Assembly (NCBI RefSeq): GCF_009914755.1
Contig: NC_060937.1
Length of the DNA stretch: 64,000 nucleotides
Source of the DNA: the human T2T-CHM13v2.0 reference genome, Homo sapiens
Strand: one strand, 5' to 3'
Shown here: piece after piece, positions 36,340-51,034 of the stretch
Layout of the letters: every line of letters starts with the position of its first letter
How positions within the stretch are numbered: position 1 is the stretch's first letter
Made by a program: the position numbers and the translations under genes
The notes under the pieces: generated by a model
Databases searched by the model: none
The model's input: only the letters and a program-made list of their open reading frames with translations
What the model was told of the DNA's origin: nothing

Positions 36340-36830
36340 CTGGGGCTAGACCACGTGGGTTTGAGGCAGGTCCCACCTCTTCTGAGCTTTGTCACTCTTA
36401 GCAGATTGCTTAGCCTTTCCCAGCATTGCTTTCTTTGTATAGGAAAGGGGGGAAATAATAGTACTCATTAAAGATTTGGGTGGGCATGGTGGCTCATGCT
36501 TGTAATCTCAGCAATTTGGGAGGCTGAGGCGGGAGGATGGCTTGGGACCAAGAGTTTGAGACCAGCCTGGGCAGCATAGGGAGAACCCTATCTCTACAAA
36601 AGATAAAAATGTATTCAGGTATGGTGGTGCGTGCCTGTAGTCCTAGCTACTTGGGAGGCTAAGGCAGGAGGATTGCTGTAGCCCAGGAGTTTGAAGTTAC
36701 AGTGAGTTATGATCATGCCAGCCTGGGTGACAGAGCGAGACCCTGCCTCTTAAAAAAAAAAAAAAAAGTTTGTTGTGTAGATTAAAATGAGCTAATATAT
36801 GTAAAGTGCTTAGAAAACCACCTGCACAAA
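36340..36830 (+). mobile_element. MIR split by an Alu
   Basis: ggggctagaccacgtgggtttga..attaaaatgagctaatatatgtaaagtgcttagaa. Confidence 0.6.
36478..36767 (+). mobile_element. Alu (AluJ-type)
   Basis: Sense dimer, J diagnostics. Confidence 0.9.
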
Positions 36831-37549
36831 TTAAGGCCAGAGTGCAGGTTGGTCACTATCATCAGGTGGAATGGATGAGGAGCTCCAGAGTAGCCAGGAA
36901 GGGGAGGACTCAAATGGCAGCAACACAGAGCCAAGGAAGTGGAAGTTTCAAAAAGAACACAGTCTCCAAAGTTATGAAGAACTGAGGAGAAGAAGAAGGT
37001 GAAATAACATCCAGTAGGCCTGGAAATGAATGATGACCTTGGCAAGGGCTGCCTCAGTGGCATGAGGAAGCTGAAAGCCAGAGGACAGTGGCTTGTGTAG
37101 GGAGAGTAGACAGTCTCCACTCCTTCCAGAGCCTGGCTTGGAAGTAAAACAGAGTGAGAGGGTTGTGGTCAGTCAGATGGGGGGGCTCAAGAGCCCAGGA
37201 GGAAAGTCAAGCTTCTTTATAGGCAGAAAGTAATATGGTACCTGAAGACAGGAATAGAATGATGTTTTGGATGGCAGGGTGTTCTTAGGAATCAGGAAGG
37301 TGGGCTCCCAAGCACAGGAGGAATGGATCTGGCCAGCAGGAAGGATGGCTAATGTTCTGAGACCCAGTAGGTAAGAATGAGGATAGACTACAAGGTCAGA
37401 GGACAGAAGCATGAAGGCATTTCCAAGAGTGCATCTGTAAATCTGAAGAGGGCTGAAGTGGGGAAGGCAATCTGAAAAAAGCGAGGGAAAAAACAAAACA
37501 AAACATTTCACTGATATGTGTGACCCTTTTCACCTAGCAGTGAAGGAAA

Positions 37550-37725
37550 CTCATGTTGACTGAACACCTCCCCTGGGATGTGTGGGACCTGGGATGAGAA
37601 CTTTCACATAGCTGCTGAGTTCATGTCCATCACCACCCTGTGAGGTAGGTATATTATTCCCATTTCACAGATGAGGAAAGCTGAGGCTCAAAGATTGAGT
37701 CATTGGTCTAAGATGTACAAGGTCT
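37550..37725 (-). mobile_element. MIR
   Basis: ccctgtgaggtaggtatattattcccatttcacagatgaggaaagctgaggctca. Confidence 0.75.
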
Positions 37726-38451
37726 AGCAGAGCGCTCGATAAGTAATTGTTGAATGAATGGACTGCACAGATCATGCTCTCCAACGGGTTGTATACTTGT
37801 GTGATGCTTTTCCCCAAAGGTCTTTTTACTGTTGAAAGGATTCTTATATAGTTAAGTCTTGGATCAGTCATAACCTCCAAAAATGTGACAGTACTGAAAA
37901 ACACAAAAAGTGGCTGGACAAGGAAATGCCTGTGCTACCTTATTTACCCCAAACAGAAAAGCTACTTAAAAGATTATGACTGACTGGGAAATGTGATTTG
38001 GTTGGACAAAAGCACTTGAAGCTCTAGTCCCTAACAATTCCATCCAGGACCTCCCTGAGAGTCAGAATTGATGTGTGGATTGTTTTAGTTTGACTGTTAA
38101 TAATATCTGGATGAAAATGCCTGCCAAAACATTTCACTGGGGGATTTAGAATATGCTTTCCAAGTCTACAACTGAAGGGCAGCAGCCGATGTTAATGTGT
38201 GCCTGTTGGCATTCGCCAGTTCATCTGGCCAAATGACAAATCACCATCGTGTCCTCAAGAACACTGTGTGTTCTTGATAGTTTTAAGTCAAAATGTAATT
38301 GTGGTTCTTCTTGTAATTATACCAGTCAGAAAGAGAATGGTACAAATAATAAAATTTAAGGTAATAAATGAATAGAGGACTAGATTCCAAGTTCATTGTG
38401 GGCAGGGATTGGGTCTTATTTAAATTTTTATTATTCATTTTATTTTTTTAA

Positions 38452-38815
<364 letters not shown>

Positions 38816-39559
38816 TGAATTCTTGCTGAATTAAGTTGAACTGCATCAACGTTGTAGACAGTGGAGTGGTCAGAGATCTGTAAACCATTTAAACCTGCTT
38901 CATTTTTCTTCAAGAGCAGAGCACAGAACTGTCACACAAAGCTGCTGTGTACATAAACACTCTAATTCATTATTGAGGTTCAAAATGAATTATTAATCTC
39001 TGAAAATAGTCCATAGCCAGGGTTGGCTGTCAGTGAAGCAGGAGAAAGGGTAACTAATCTTCCTGAATTGTATCCTTTCTTTCCCATCTTCAAGTCTTTG
39101 TGTTTGCAGCTCTTTGGTGCTGTGATTTCAATTCTCATTCTATCCCTGACTTACTGTTTGACCTCAAAATGAGTCACTTAATTTTAGTTAATAGCTAAGT
39201 TTCCCGTTCAGTGAGAGCCAAAGGGACCTGGCTCTATCATTAGCTAATATCAAGCCTCAAATGCTAGATGTGCTATTCAGTGCCATCCATCATCTCTGTA
39301 AGGCTAATGGAAATGAATCACAAATACAGTGCCCCAGGCGAACTCCCTCAACTCCTCCAAAATGAGTCCTTGGGGTTGCTCAGTCACTGTGTTGTACAGT
39401 AAGGGGGAAAAGATAAAGAAGCTGAGGATGGTTGCCCCAAGCCCAAAGGAGAAGATACCCTGGTAACAGAGGGCAGCAAGGAGAAAGCTCAGCTCTCTGA
39501 CCAGAGTCACTGTGATATGATCACCAACTTGGGCCCTTGGAAAGAGTAAACTAACCACC

Positions 39560-39593
<34 letters not shown>

Positions 39594-39606
39594 GTATGTA
39601 TGTATG
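39560..39606. repeat. (TA)n(TATG)n microsatellite
   Basis: Direct reading. Confidence 0.9.
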
Positions 39607-39634
39607 TCAATCTAATCTTTAAAGTATATCTTAT

Positions 39635-39792
39635 ATATATATGTATTGGAGACAAGATCTCACTCAATTACACAGACTAGAGTGCAGTGGCATGATCACA
39701 GCTCACTTCAGCCTTACCTCCTGGGCTCCAGCTACCCTTCCACCTCAGCCTCCCAAGTAGCTGGGACTACAGGTGTGTGCCACCACAACTGG

Positions 39793-39825
<33 letters not shown>

Positions 39826-39953
39826 TATTTTTTGTAGACACAGGGTCTTTCTATGTTTCCCAGGCTTGTCTTGAACTCCTGGGCTCAAGCAATCCTCCTA
39901 CCTCAGCTTCCCAAAGCACTGGGATTACAGTTGTGGACCAACTCGCCCAAGCC
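39635..39953 (-). mobile_element. Alu (AluJ-type) with long middle T run
   Basis: Antisense dimer. Confidence 0.9.
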
Positions 39954-40031
39954 TCCGATATTTAAATTTCAGTGAAATAAAATGCAAGTTTATAGAATAA
40001 ATCAATATGGAGTAATTACTCACACTTTTCA

Positions 40032-40333
<302 letters not shown>

Positions 40334-40469
40334 TACTCACACTTTTCTAAGATTTGCCTCTTGCTTTCTTTAAATAGAAAACATCTCCAGAGCCTTTAAA
40401 TAAGACATACTTTAAAGATTAGATTGACATACTGAACATCAGTAGCAATCTGAAAGTAAGAGGAATGCA

Positions 40470-40803
<334 letters not shown>

Positions 40804-40973
40804 CTATGGGTTATGAAGGATGAAATGCATAGGAAGTAGAGGCTGGGACTTCCTTAGCCAGGATGTAGGCGCAAATGCAGGCTCCACCCAAGCCTACATT
40901 TCTCAGGAAGGAAACAGCTCCACAGACGTGAAGCCCAAGGCACTGTGGGAAAGATCTATTAATAGAAGGGCCT

Positions 40974-41296
40974 GGCCGGGTGCTGTGGCTCACGCCTTTA
41001 ATCCCAGCACTTTGGGAGGCCGAGGCGGGTGGATCACGAGGTCAGGAGATCGAGACCATCATGGCTAACACGGAGAAACCCTGTCTCTACTAAAAATACA
41101 AAAACATTAGCGAGGCGTCGTGGCGGGTGCCTGTAGTCCCAGCTACTCAGGAGGCTGAGGCAGGAGAATGGTGTGAACCCGGGAGGCGGTGCTTGCAGTG
41201 AGCCGAGATTGTGCCACTGCACTCCAGCCTGGGGCACAGAGCGAGACTCTGTCTCTAAAAAAATAAATAAATAAGTAAATAAATAAATAAATAAAA
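40974..41296 (+). mobile_element. AluY-type with (TAAA)n tail
   Basis: gagatcgagaccatc..gctaacacgg; TSD agaagggcc(c)t. Confidence 0.92.
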
Positions 41297-42380
41297 GAAG
41301 GGCCCTGTGTAGATGACTCGCCTTGACTACAGCCGACCTTAGAACACTTCACCCAAAGGGTGTGATCAATTGTGGGGGCTGTGGTCACAGTGCTCCTTGG
41401 GACACAGGCCTTTTGGAAACCCTGTAGAAACTGCATTGCCTAACTTGTCCCTCGAACAGCAGTACCTGCTGATTGAGGGTGTCAGACATGGAATTTGGCT
41501 GCATCGCCTTCTACTCTGTTGCCAGCCCACACACTGGCCTCTGTAAGCACCAGGGGAGTGCCTTTGAGTCCCCACCCACCTTGCTGCTCAGCTCGCAGCA
41601 CCATCTGTGCACTTACTGGGTAACAGTAATAATGGATGGGCACTTCAATCACATATGAAAACCTCTAAAGCTCCACTTGCAGGGACTGTAAATCTCATAT
41701 ATAACTTTCCTAAGTGACTAATGAGATAGGTTCTCGACACGGCAGAAGGCTCCAGGAATCTTTATGATAACGGTAGTTTATGAATTTATTTTCTTGTGAC
41801 AGTATTTACAAACTCCATGATTCATAGTAGACTCAATAAATATTCAATATGATAAAACACTAAACATGAAAGTAATGATTTGCACATGGATAGAATAAAA
41901 AGGGCTATTTCTCAATGTTGAGAGGGAAAAATATAACCATTAAGAAATTTATCTGAAAACAACAATATGCTATTTAAAATAACAATCCACCCAACCAGTA
42001 ACAAAATATTTCAGTTGAACTGAGGCTGCCCTCAGTGGTCCCCTGACCATAGTACAGATCCCATAACTAGCAATCAGATTGAGATTTGTATTCCATTCAT
42101 TTGTCAAAGTCTATATCAAAAGAGGTCTTTCTGGCTTCAGGTACACATGCAGTGAACAGCTTCTTTAAACTATTATTTGAGAGAAATAAGGTCAGATCCA
42201 AGGTAGTTATTTCCTTTTCAGCTTGCCCCTCATATTGAATTTGTTTAAGAGATGTAAATGAAGAGTGACAATTTTTTTCTGCCATACTAAAGTCATGAAA
42301 TAAATGACCAGGGTTTTTGAATGGCTAATATGTTTTCTCTTGTGGGTTAATATGATTGAATGCTTATAAGTGCTTAATTT

Positions 42381-42680
<300 letters not shown>

Positions 42681-42733
42681 ATAATAAGTGCTTGATTTGC
42701 TTTAATGTTTATGTTCAATTTTTCGATGTTCTT

Positions 42734-43210
42734 TGCAGTGGAGAACCATTCCTTTTGTCTGGCATGCACCCACTTGCCTTTCTTTTGGCAATAGCATCTG
42801 GATTTTCTTTTGCAGAGCCATCCTTCCCTCACCTTAGGGGTGGAGGTACATGCTTTTGGGTGGCTATATCCAGACACTGGCAAGACATTTAGTCCTGGCC
42901 AATCAGAACTCAGTATCTTCCTGGGACCAGAATTGGTTCAAGAACAAGCCTGAAGTTTGTCAAAAAGGGACAGCCTGGGACATTTGCTGGAATGATTGGT
43001 CAAGAAGTCCTCTTTCTATGGAGGTTTCTAACTGGTGGGATGTAAGCTGCTTATTATCTTGACACCGGGCAGCAATGAGCCTAAGTTAGAAGAAAGCCAC
43101 CTGACAGAAAGAGAAATATGACATCATCTGAGCACCTAATACATTCTCATTTTTGCTTAAGCCTGTTTGAGTTTGGTTTCTACTTGGAATTGAAAGTGTT
43201 CTGACTAATG
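42734..43210 (+). mobile_element. MLT1 (J/K-like) LTR
   Basis: ctggccaatcaga..ttgcttaagcctgtttgagtttggtttctacttggaattgaaagtgttctgactaat 3' end. Confidence 0.6.
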
Positions 43211-43282
43211 AATACAATTTTTGATATGTTTTTCTTCCCCAATTATTTATTTTTAATGCTTTCAAACCCCACAAAAAGTAAG

Positions 43283-43550
43283 CAGCCTGGACAACATGAC
43301 AAAATGCTGTCTACTAAAAATACAAAAATTAGCTGGGTGTGTTGGTACATACCTGTAGTCCCAGCTACTCAAGAGGCTGAGATGGGAGGATTACTTGAGC
43401 CTGGTAGGTTGAGGCTACAGAGAGCTATGACCACACCACTGCACTCCAGCCTGGGTGACAGAGCGAGATCTTGAAAAAAAAAAAAAAAGAGAAAGAGAAA
43501 GAAAGAAAGAAAGAGAGAAGAGAGAGAGAGAAAGAAAGGAAAGAAAGAAA
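43283..43550 (+). mobile_element. 5'-truncated AluJ with (GAAA)n/(GA)n tail
   Basis: Starts at cagcctggacaacatg; purine microsatellite 43489-43550. Confidence 0.85.
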
Positions 43551-44460
43551 ATGAACATCTGTATACTCCTCACCTAAATTCACCAATTATTGATAATTTG
43601 ACACACTAACCTTATCTCTACTTATCTACCTATTTGTATCTCTACCTATCATCTATCTTCATGTTTCGTTTTGCTATGACACAACCTCAACAATGTTATT
43701 ACACAAGAAAATTAGGATCAATTTAATAATATCTAATAGTGGTCCATATTTAATTTTTCTTAATTGTATTCAATCTGCCTTTTAATTTTATTTTTTTAAA
43801 CATAAGAGCCAATCAAGTTTCATGCTTCGAATTTAGTTGTTCTGTCTCTTTTATTTAGAATATACCCTTAATTTTAATTTTTTAAATGACATTCTTTTTT
43901 ATTTTTATTTTTGTCTTTTATATTTTAGGACCCACAACAGTTGTCTTGTAGAATGTACCATATTCTGATTCATCTGATCATTTACTCAGGATTAGATTCA
44001 CATTTTTAACACAAATACTTCCTAGGTAGCACATTATATGCACTTTTGTACCTTGCTTCTTTTTTCTCCCAACTATATATATTGGAAATTAATCCACTTA
44101 ACCCATAACAGTTTTCCTCAGTATTTTTTAGGGTTGCATAGTATTCCATAATGTAGAATAAATCATAATAATTTATGATTAATATAATTAATTAAATAAC
44201 ATTTAAAATAATTTATAATTATTACATAATAATGAATCATGTTTCATGATTTATTCGACCAGTCTTCTAAGGATAGACATTTAGGTTGTTTCCTAATTTT
44301 TCTATTACAAAATTGTTACAATGAAAGCTCTTGTAAGTATGTTGTTTCATATATTTGGAGGCCTCTTTTCATGGTAAATTCTTAGAAGTGGCAGTGCTGG
44401 GTCAAGAGGTCAACTTATATGTAGCTTTGTTGGATGTTCCCAAATTCCAGTCTACTGGAG
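43550..44460 (-). mobile_element. Old L1 (L1MC/L1ME-like) 3' fragments
   Basis: ctcacctaaattcaccaatt..tgcatagtattccata..gatagacatttaggttgtttcc..taaattcttagaagtggcagtgctgggtcaagagg. Confidence 0.6.
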
Positions 44461-44559
44461 GTTGGTAAAATGTCTTGACATTTCTACCTTGTCTTTTAAA
44501 AATTTTATTTTTATTTTATATTTCATACAGGGTTTTGAATATCCTTAGGACACATCTGT

Positions 44560-44662
44560 TTTTCATTTTTTTTGCTTCACAGCACTAACATAGTGTATTG
44601 TTCATAGAAGGTGCTCAGTAGGTGCTGAATGTGTGAATAAATGAATGAATCAATGAATGAAT
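44560..44662 (+). mobile_element. L2 3' end with (AATG)n
   Basis: agcactaacatagtg..catagaaggtgctcagta..gaataaatgaatgaatcaatgaatgaatg. Confidence 0.7.
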
Positions 44663-44956
44663 GGGCTATTCTTTTCCACAATATCAGCATTGCTCACTCA
44701 CTTGATGGGAAACTGGGACCCAACTAAGGTAAGAACGTTTTTCAAAGCCACTCTATCAGTCAGCAGAGGACATAAAAAACAGATAAATATGCAGGCAAGC
44801 AGGAAAAGGTGGGAGGCTAGCCTTGAAATTTTGAAGTACAACCAAGCACATTATATTAGCACTTAGAATGTGCCAAGCAAGAAAGATACAAAGAGTATAA
44901 AGATGATGCTGTGGAACTCAAGGAGGCTACAATCTTGTTATGTCCGTAGAGGTACA

Positions 44957-44958
<2 letters not shown>

Positions 44959-45001
<43 letters not shown>
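44959..45001. repeat. (AC)21 microsatellite
   Basis: Direct reading. Confidence 0.95.
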
Positions 45002-45004
<3 letters not shown>

Positions 45005-45145
45005 CAACAAAAAAAGGTGATTGTAATAAATATCAAATGGATGGTGCAGAAGTTTTTATACAATAGGAGTTACAAGGAGGGAAAACAAGAACTGCAGTTT
45101 GGAGTAAAGAAATGTACACTCAGTGGACAGATTCTGTTGCAGTCT

Positions 45146-45460
45146 TATTTTATTTTATTTAATTTTATTTTTTAGAGACAGTCTCACTCTGTCACCTAGG
45201 CTGGAGTGCAGCGGCACGATCATATAATAGCTCATTGTAACCTCAACCTCTTGTGCTCAAGTGATCTTCCCACCTCAGCCTCCCAAGTAGCTGGGACTAC
45301 AGGTGCATACCACCATGTCTGGCTAATTTTTAAAATTTTTCATAGATACATAGTCTCACTATGTTGCCCAGGCTAATGGCGAACTCCCGGCCTCTAGTGA
45401 TCCTCCTGTCTTGGCCTCCCAAAGTGCTGGGATTAAAGGCGTGAGCCATAGTGCCTAGCC
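45146..45460 (-). mobile_element. Alu (AluJ-type) inside an L2 remnant
   Basis: TSD ctgttgcag(t/c)ct. Confidence 0.92.
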
Positions 45461-45581
45461 TGTTGCAGCCTCGAGACTTGATTTGGATGAGGCAGAATTC
45501 AAATCAAAAAAGGGCCTAAGGAACAAATATGGAAATGTATGGTGTGTTCAAGGAATAGTAAGCAGATCAGCCCAGCTGGAT

Positions 45582-45630
45582 GGAGCAGGGAGGTCTTACA
45601 GGGGAGCAGAGAGGTCTTACAAGAGAGCAG
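45582..45630. repeat. 21-bp tandem repeat, about 2.3 copies
   Basis: ggagcagggaggtcttacagg / ggagcagagaggtcttacaag / agagcag. Confidence 0.8.
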
Positions 45631-45706
45631 CGAGTACTGGAATTTACAATTTGTGGCCAAACTGGGGGGGAAATCATGAATGTCCTGCAAAGAAATATGG
45701 TAGATC

Positions 45707-46252
45707 ATGGTAGCTATAGTTTTAGTTTCCACTAAAGTCTGTGTGTTTTCTCATGACCCCTTTTTTCTGTTTCTTTGGAGTAGTCCTTTCTCACCTCACA
45801 TGGTCCTGGTGGGTCTGTGAAAACCGGGTCAGTCACCCTCCCCACTTCCAGAGGGTTGGGCATAACTAATGGCAGTTACTGTTCCGACATGAAGCCTTCA
45901 GCCAAGCAGGAGCACTCAGAATCGTCAAGGGATCTGTGTGTAGACATGGGAGAGGGAGGTGCCTTCCTCATTGGGGTTCCTGAGCCGGAGGATGTGGGTG
46001 TGGGGCAGTCATGATGGTATTGCCCAGCTTGTGGTGAGAGCTGGCATGCAGGATGACACGTTGCTGAGGCAGGCAGTGTGCAAAGCTGGAGGGACAGACA
46101 GTTCTGATCATTGTCGGAGCTCCCACTTCCACTCATGCCAGAATCAATGCTCCTCTCCTGGGCTTGTCAGTTACGGGTAAACCAACACATTCTCTCTGTT
46201 TCAGTTAGAGATTGGGTTCTGACACTTTCATCTGAAAGCAGCTTGCCTGATA
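45707..46252 (+). mobile_element. MLT1 (J/K-like) LTR
   Basis: gggcttgtcagttacgggtaaaccaacacattctc..ttgggttctgacactttcatctgaaagcagcttgcctgata 3' end. Confidence 0.55.
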
Positions 46253-46421
46253 TGAGAGGCTTGGATTTCATCCCATAGATTGAAGCTTCCCAAAGTGGTT
46301 TCCTTTGATCGCTGGTCCTCCTTCAAAAAAGGAGTTTTATGCTAAAACTAGTTTAGGAATACTGCCTTCCATTGCCCCTTTTTGGATGGTTTGTACTAAG
46401 AAGTCCTCCCATGAAGGAACT

Positions 46422-46910
46422 TTGTGCTGAGCCATCCGTTCATCTCATCCCTCCATCTCATCCCTCCACAACCACTGTGCATCGTCCCCACCCTGTTCTG
46501 TGCCCTGGAGGCTGCCATGATGCTCTCTATCCATGGGTCCTCCTTCCTTTGGGTCTCAAGTGGCCCAAAGGCAGGGGCGTTTCGCCATCGAGTGGCAATG
46601 GGAGGTCAGAGGGAGGGAGGAGAATGAGGCGGGCATGTTATTTTCCAGCCCTGCCCTGTCCAGTCATCGTGGGCTGCCTGTGCCCCTCAAGTCAAGCACA
46701 CAGGTCCTGTTGGGCATCTCTCTGAGGTAATCTTTCTCTCCCGCATCCCTCAGCCATTTGGGTGGTTAAAAGCTCCTGGCTGGTACCAGTCCAATGCCAC
46801 TGTACTCTCCTTTGTGGTTTCTTCAAACCCTGCACAGTCATTTACTAAACTGTCCTAAAATTACTCACTTTGAGTACGCCATCTGAGTCGCACCAGGACT
46901 TGAATTAAAT
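46422..46910 (+). mobile_element. LTR33-like (ERVL) LTR
   Basis: ccaccctgttctgtgccctggaggctg..gaggtcagagggagggaggagaatgagg..tttactaaactgtcctaaaattactcactttgagtacgccatctg. Confidence 0.7.
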
Positions 46911-47784
46911 TGTATCATTGATTAATCTATTATTTCCTGCACTTATTAAGCCTGTAACCTTTTTCTTTTTAATTGAGGAACACCCTACAATGTCCTACAG
47001 ACCAAAAGTTTTGACTACCTACTTTGGTGAATGCCTTCCTAGGACAGCAGCTTAGGAACAGGATTCTGGAAAGATGGAGGCAGCCAGGCAGCTTTTCCAC
47101 TCTTAAACCTGGAGCATTTCCCCATGAGGACCTGGTGCTTCCACCCAATGACCACATCCAATGGCTTTCAGTTAGGCCTGGAGTTTTACTCCCTTTGTGT
47201 ACAGCACATTCTTTCCCTGGAAACCCCTCTCCCTGCTCTTCTCCTATCCAAAGCCCACCCTTTGAAAAGTCCAGGCCACGTCACTATTCACCTCGAACAT
47301 CGCACAAAGCACTGGGGCTCACCTTGGCCTCTGTCACTCATGTGGCCGCTGTGGTTCACCTTAATGCATGGTCACCCACATCCATGTGGCTTAGTCATGT
47401 TTCAAGCCTTTGCCTTGATAGTTCACTTTTCTCAAGTTTGATTTCTGTCTATAGAGCTAGACTGTGAGCTCCTTGATGGCAGGGACAACATCCCCACTTC
47501 TTTACGTATCTCATAACTTCTAACAAATGTAGCTGTCTTGCACACGCAGAACACCCCTTCTTTGTCTCTGTATGATACTTGGTTCAAACCCCATCACAGT
47601 GTGGGCCATTCTCCGATCATCTCAGCTGAATGTATTATCTCAGGCTTCTAAAGAACTAGCACTGATTACCCCGTGAAGCAAACATTCATGCCCTCTGACA
47701 TATAGTGTCATCTGGAACTGTTGCTTAGTCTGTTAGTTAACTTTGTGCACTTTGATCTCGAAGCCTTAACAAGTTTATACGCAT

Positions 47785-48245
47785 TATTATGGATTGAATT
47801 GTGTACCCCCTCACTCTCCTCTCCCCCAAAACCTTCATATGTTGAAGTCCTAATGCCCAGTACCTCAGAATGTGATCTTATTTGGAAATAACATCATTGC
47901 AGATGAAATTAGTTAAGATGACATCATACTGGAGCAGGGTAGGTCCCTAATCCAATATGACTAGTATCATAAAAATGAGAACCTGGGCACAGACATGCAC
48001 ACAGAAGGAACCCCATGTAAAGATTGGAGTTATGCTGCCACAAGCCGAGAAACATCAAAGATTACCAGAAAACCACCAGAAGAAAGGAGAGGAGCATTCA
48101 ACAGATTCTCCTTCATGGCCTCAGAATGACCCAACCCTGCCAACACCTTAATCTTGGCTTCCAGGACTGAGAGATAATCACTTGCTGTTGTAAAAGCCAT
48201 TCCGTTTGAGGTACATTATTACAGCAGTCCTCCCAAATGCATACA
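47785..48245 (+). mobile_element. MLT1B-like solo LTR
   Basis: tatggattgaattgtgtaccccc..ttgaagtcctaatgcccagtacctcagaatgtgatcttatttggaaata..aaccctgccaacacctt..ttacagcagtcc. Confidence 0.85.
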
Positions 48246-48329
48246 AGCACCTTAAGGACAAGGACCATATCTTGGATCCCCAAAGAGTAGGATTCCAATT
48301 GCAGATGCATCATTGGTTTCTTAACGTCT

Positions 48330-48490
48330 CTTCTGGCAAGTTAATTCACTTCTTTCGGCCTCAACTTTCCTTTCTGTAATGTGGAGATAATAATATCTAC
48401 TTCAGAAAGTTGTTTTAAGGATTAAAGGCAATGCATTAAAATGCCAGGCACAGTGCTTGACACCGTTAAAATGTGCAATAAATGCTAAGT
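48330..48490 (+). mobile_element. MIR
   Basis: ggcaagttaattcacttctttcggcctcaactttcctttctgtaatgtggagataataata. Confidence 0.75.
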
Positions 48491-48876
48491 CTTGTAAATA
48501 TAATCCTCTTATTTCACAAATGAGGAAATAGGATCTAGACATGCAAAGTGCCTGTCTAAGCCCACACAGTTAAGTAGCAACAAGCTTGTCAAAAAAAACC
48601 CTCCAAATAGATTCATTTCAATTCCTATCTATATTATGTCTTATCTTTTATTGCTAAAGAGAACAATTAGTGTGGTGACATTAATTTGATGGCATTTTGT
48701 GTGTGATGTTTGCTTACTGCTGTGGGAGATGAGATGCTGGACCCTGAGTTTGAGATGTTGGACTTTTGTGGTTTCTTCCTTATCCACAGGTAACTGAGAT
48801 AAGTCATATCTTAAAGCAAACCATCCCTTCTTTTTTGTACAAAATTACATTTATTTGCTTAAGAATGGTGTGAATC

Positions 48877-49217
<341 letters not shown>

Positions 49218-50695
49218 TTACAAATAAGAGCAGTAATTATCGAACAAAATTTGTAGGAATAGGCTTATAGAACTCCACTGCTTTGTATGCACAGACACCC
49301 TCTGTATAACTGTTATCAGATGATGCTTGGATTAATTTAACATCCATATTCCTCTCAACTGCAGGGTCTTCACCTCTGTACATTTCCTAATAACCTGTAT
49401 TCTGGCCTCAACTTATTTCTCTCTCATTTTGAACTAACTGAAGGTGAAGGCTGCTGCAAAATGATTGTTTTTTTCACAAGTTAATCAGATGAAATATGAA
49501 CCTGCCATTCCTGCCCCATAATTACACCTATTCTGGTGATGTTAGGTCAAAATTGATGTCTACTACACCACAATTTTTCTATATAGTTGGTAATCAATGA
49601 TCATATTTTTTAATGCATCACCATGCTACTTATCAAACGTTCTGTCTCTCAACATATTGAGAAGTCAATCATGATCTGAACAGGTGGATCTCAGCAAGAT
49701 GACTTCTACCCTACAAAGAGGTTGAGAATCCTGTTTCAAATGCTGGATGGATCCCTGTGAATCTGTCACTTTAAGAAGGGAGACTGCCCAGTGAAAGCAG
49801 TGGAAAGAAAAAGAGCGTTAAAAGGTGAGTGGATTGGGAGATCTCATCAGATTTTCCCGTTCTCTTCTGTCATGCTACGACAACTTGCATCAGTGAAATT
49901 TCTTTTTTAGAAACTGCAAAGGATATTGAAATATTGAAAGGATATTGAAACTTGGGAGCCCTTATTTATGGGATAAAGCTGTCAGGAAATTAAACTAGAA
50001 TCAACATTTGACAGGTGAATGTTTATTTTTATCCTTGAGACCCTAATCTCTCTTTCCCACCAAGCTTTGCTTATATATCAGATCTATACACTATTTTGAA
50101 GCAGAAAAAACAAGAAAGGAATCTTGAAAGAAAGAAAGAAGAAAAGAAAAGAAAAAAAGACTTCTCAAGCTCAGAATCAGCCCTTGCTATTAACATCTCC
50201 TTCAAGGATCATTAGAGGCTCCCAAGGGCCAATGGGACTGGGTGGAAGGTAATTCTGTGCGCTCTTTCATCAGCTGGCAATTTCTAAAGCACCTGCCTAT
50301 TTTTCCAGGCTTCAATAGTGGTCACATCAGCCAATCCTTTCTTGTTTTCCATAATCCCATGACAAAGACCATTGTTGACAAAGGCAAAAAACATACTGTG
50401 CCTTGCCTCCTGGGTGTTTTCTGTTTTCCATCTCAAAATGGGTATTGATGGACTGATCCTCTGTGTCCCAATATTAGGTGTCAGGGATGGGGGCAGGGGT
50501 CCCAGAGGGGAAAAAAGGGAGGGTCTTTTAGCTGCGTAAAACCTTCATTCTTCTCCAGCAGAAGTTCCAGGCTTGACTTCCATCAACTTTAGGGGTCTGC
50601 ATGGGGCTTAGGGGATTCCTGAACCTCTTGACATCATATTCAAAACTGTGCAAATATGTATAGGTGCTCCTAAGAACATGGTTTCTGTTCATATC

Positions 50696-51034
50696 TTGTT
50701 TTTTTGTTTTTGTTTTTGTTTTTTATTGTTTTTTGTTTTGTTTTTGTTTTTTTGAGACAGAGTCTCGCTCTGTCGCTCAGGCTGAGAGCAGTGGCACCAT
50801 CTCAGTCCACTGCAGGCTCCGCCTCCTGGGTTCAAGTGATTCGTTTGCTTCAGCCCCCTCAGTAGCTGGGATTACAGGTGTCCACCACCATGCCCAGCTA
50901 ATTTTTATATTTTCAGTAGAGACGTGGTTTCACCATATTGGCCAGGCTGGTCATGAACTCCTGGCTTCAAACGATTGGCCTGCCTCGACCTCCCAAAGTG
51001 ATGGGATTACAGGCATGACCCACTGCACCTGGCC
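50696..51034 (-). mobile_element. Alu (AluS-type) with (TTTTTG)n tail
   Basis: TSD ca(t/c)atcttgtttt. Confidence 0.92.

Noticed and set aside
44160-44240. Extremely AT-rich tract
   Set aside because: Low-complexity expansion inside an old L1 fragment.
47024-47467. 147-aa Ser/Pro-rich ORF
   Set aside because: Non-ATG start; overlaps pyrimidine-rich L2-like remnant; no recognisable homology.
49917-49950. aaaggatattgaaatattgaaaggatattgaaa short repeats
   Set aside because: Ordinary slippage duplication; no spacer structure, not CRISPR-like.
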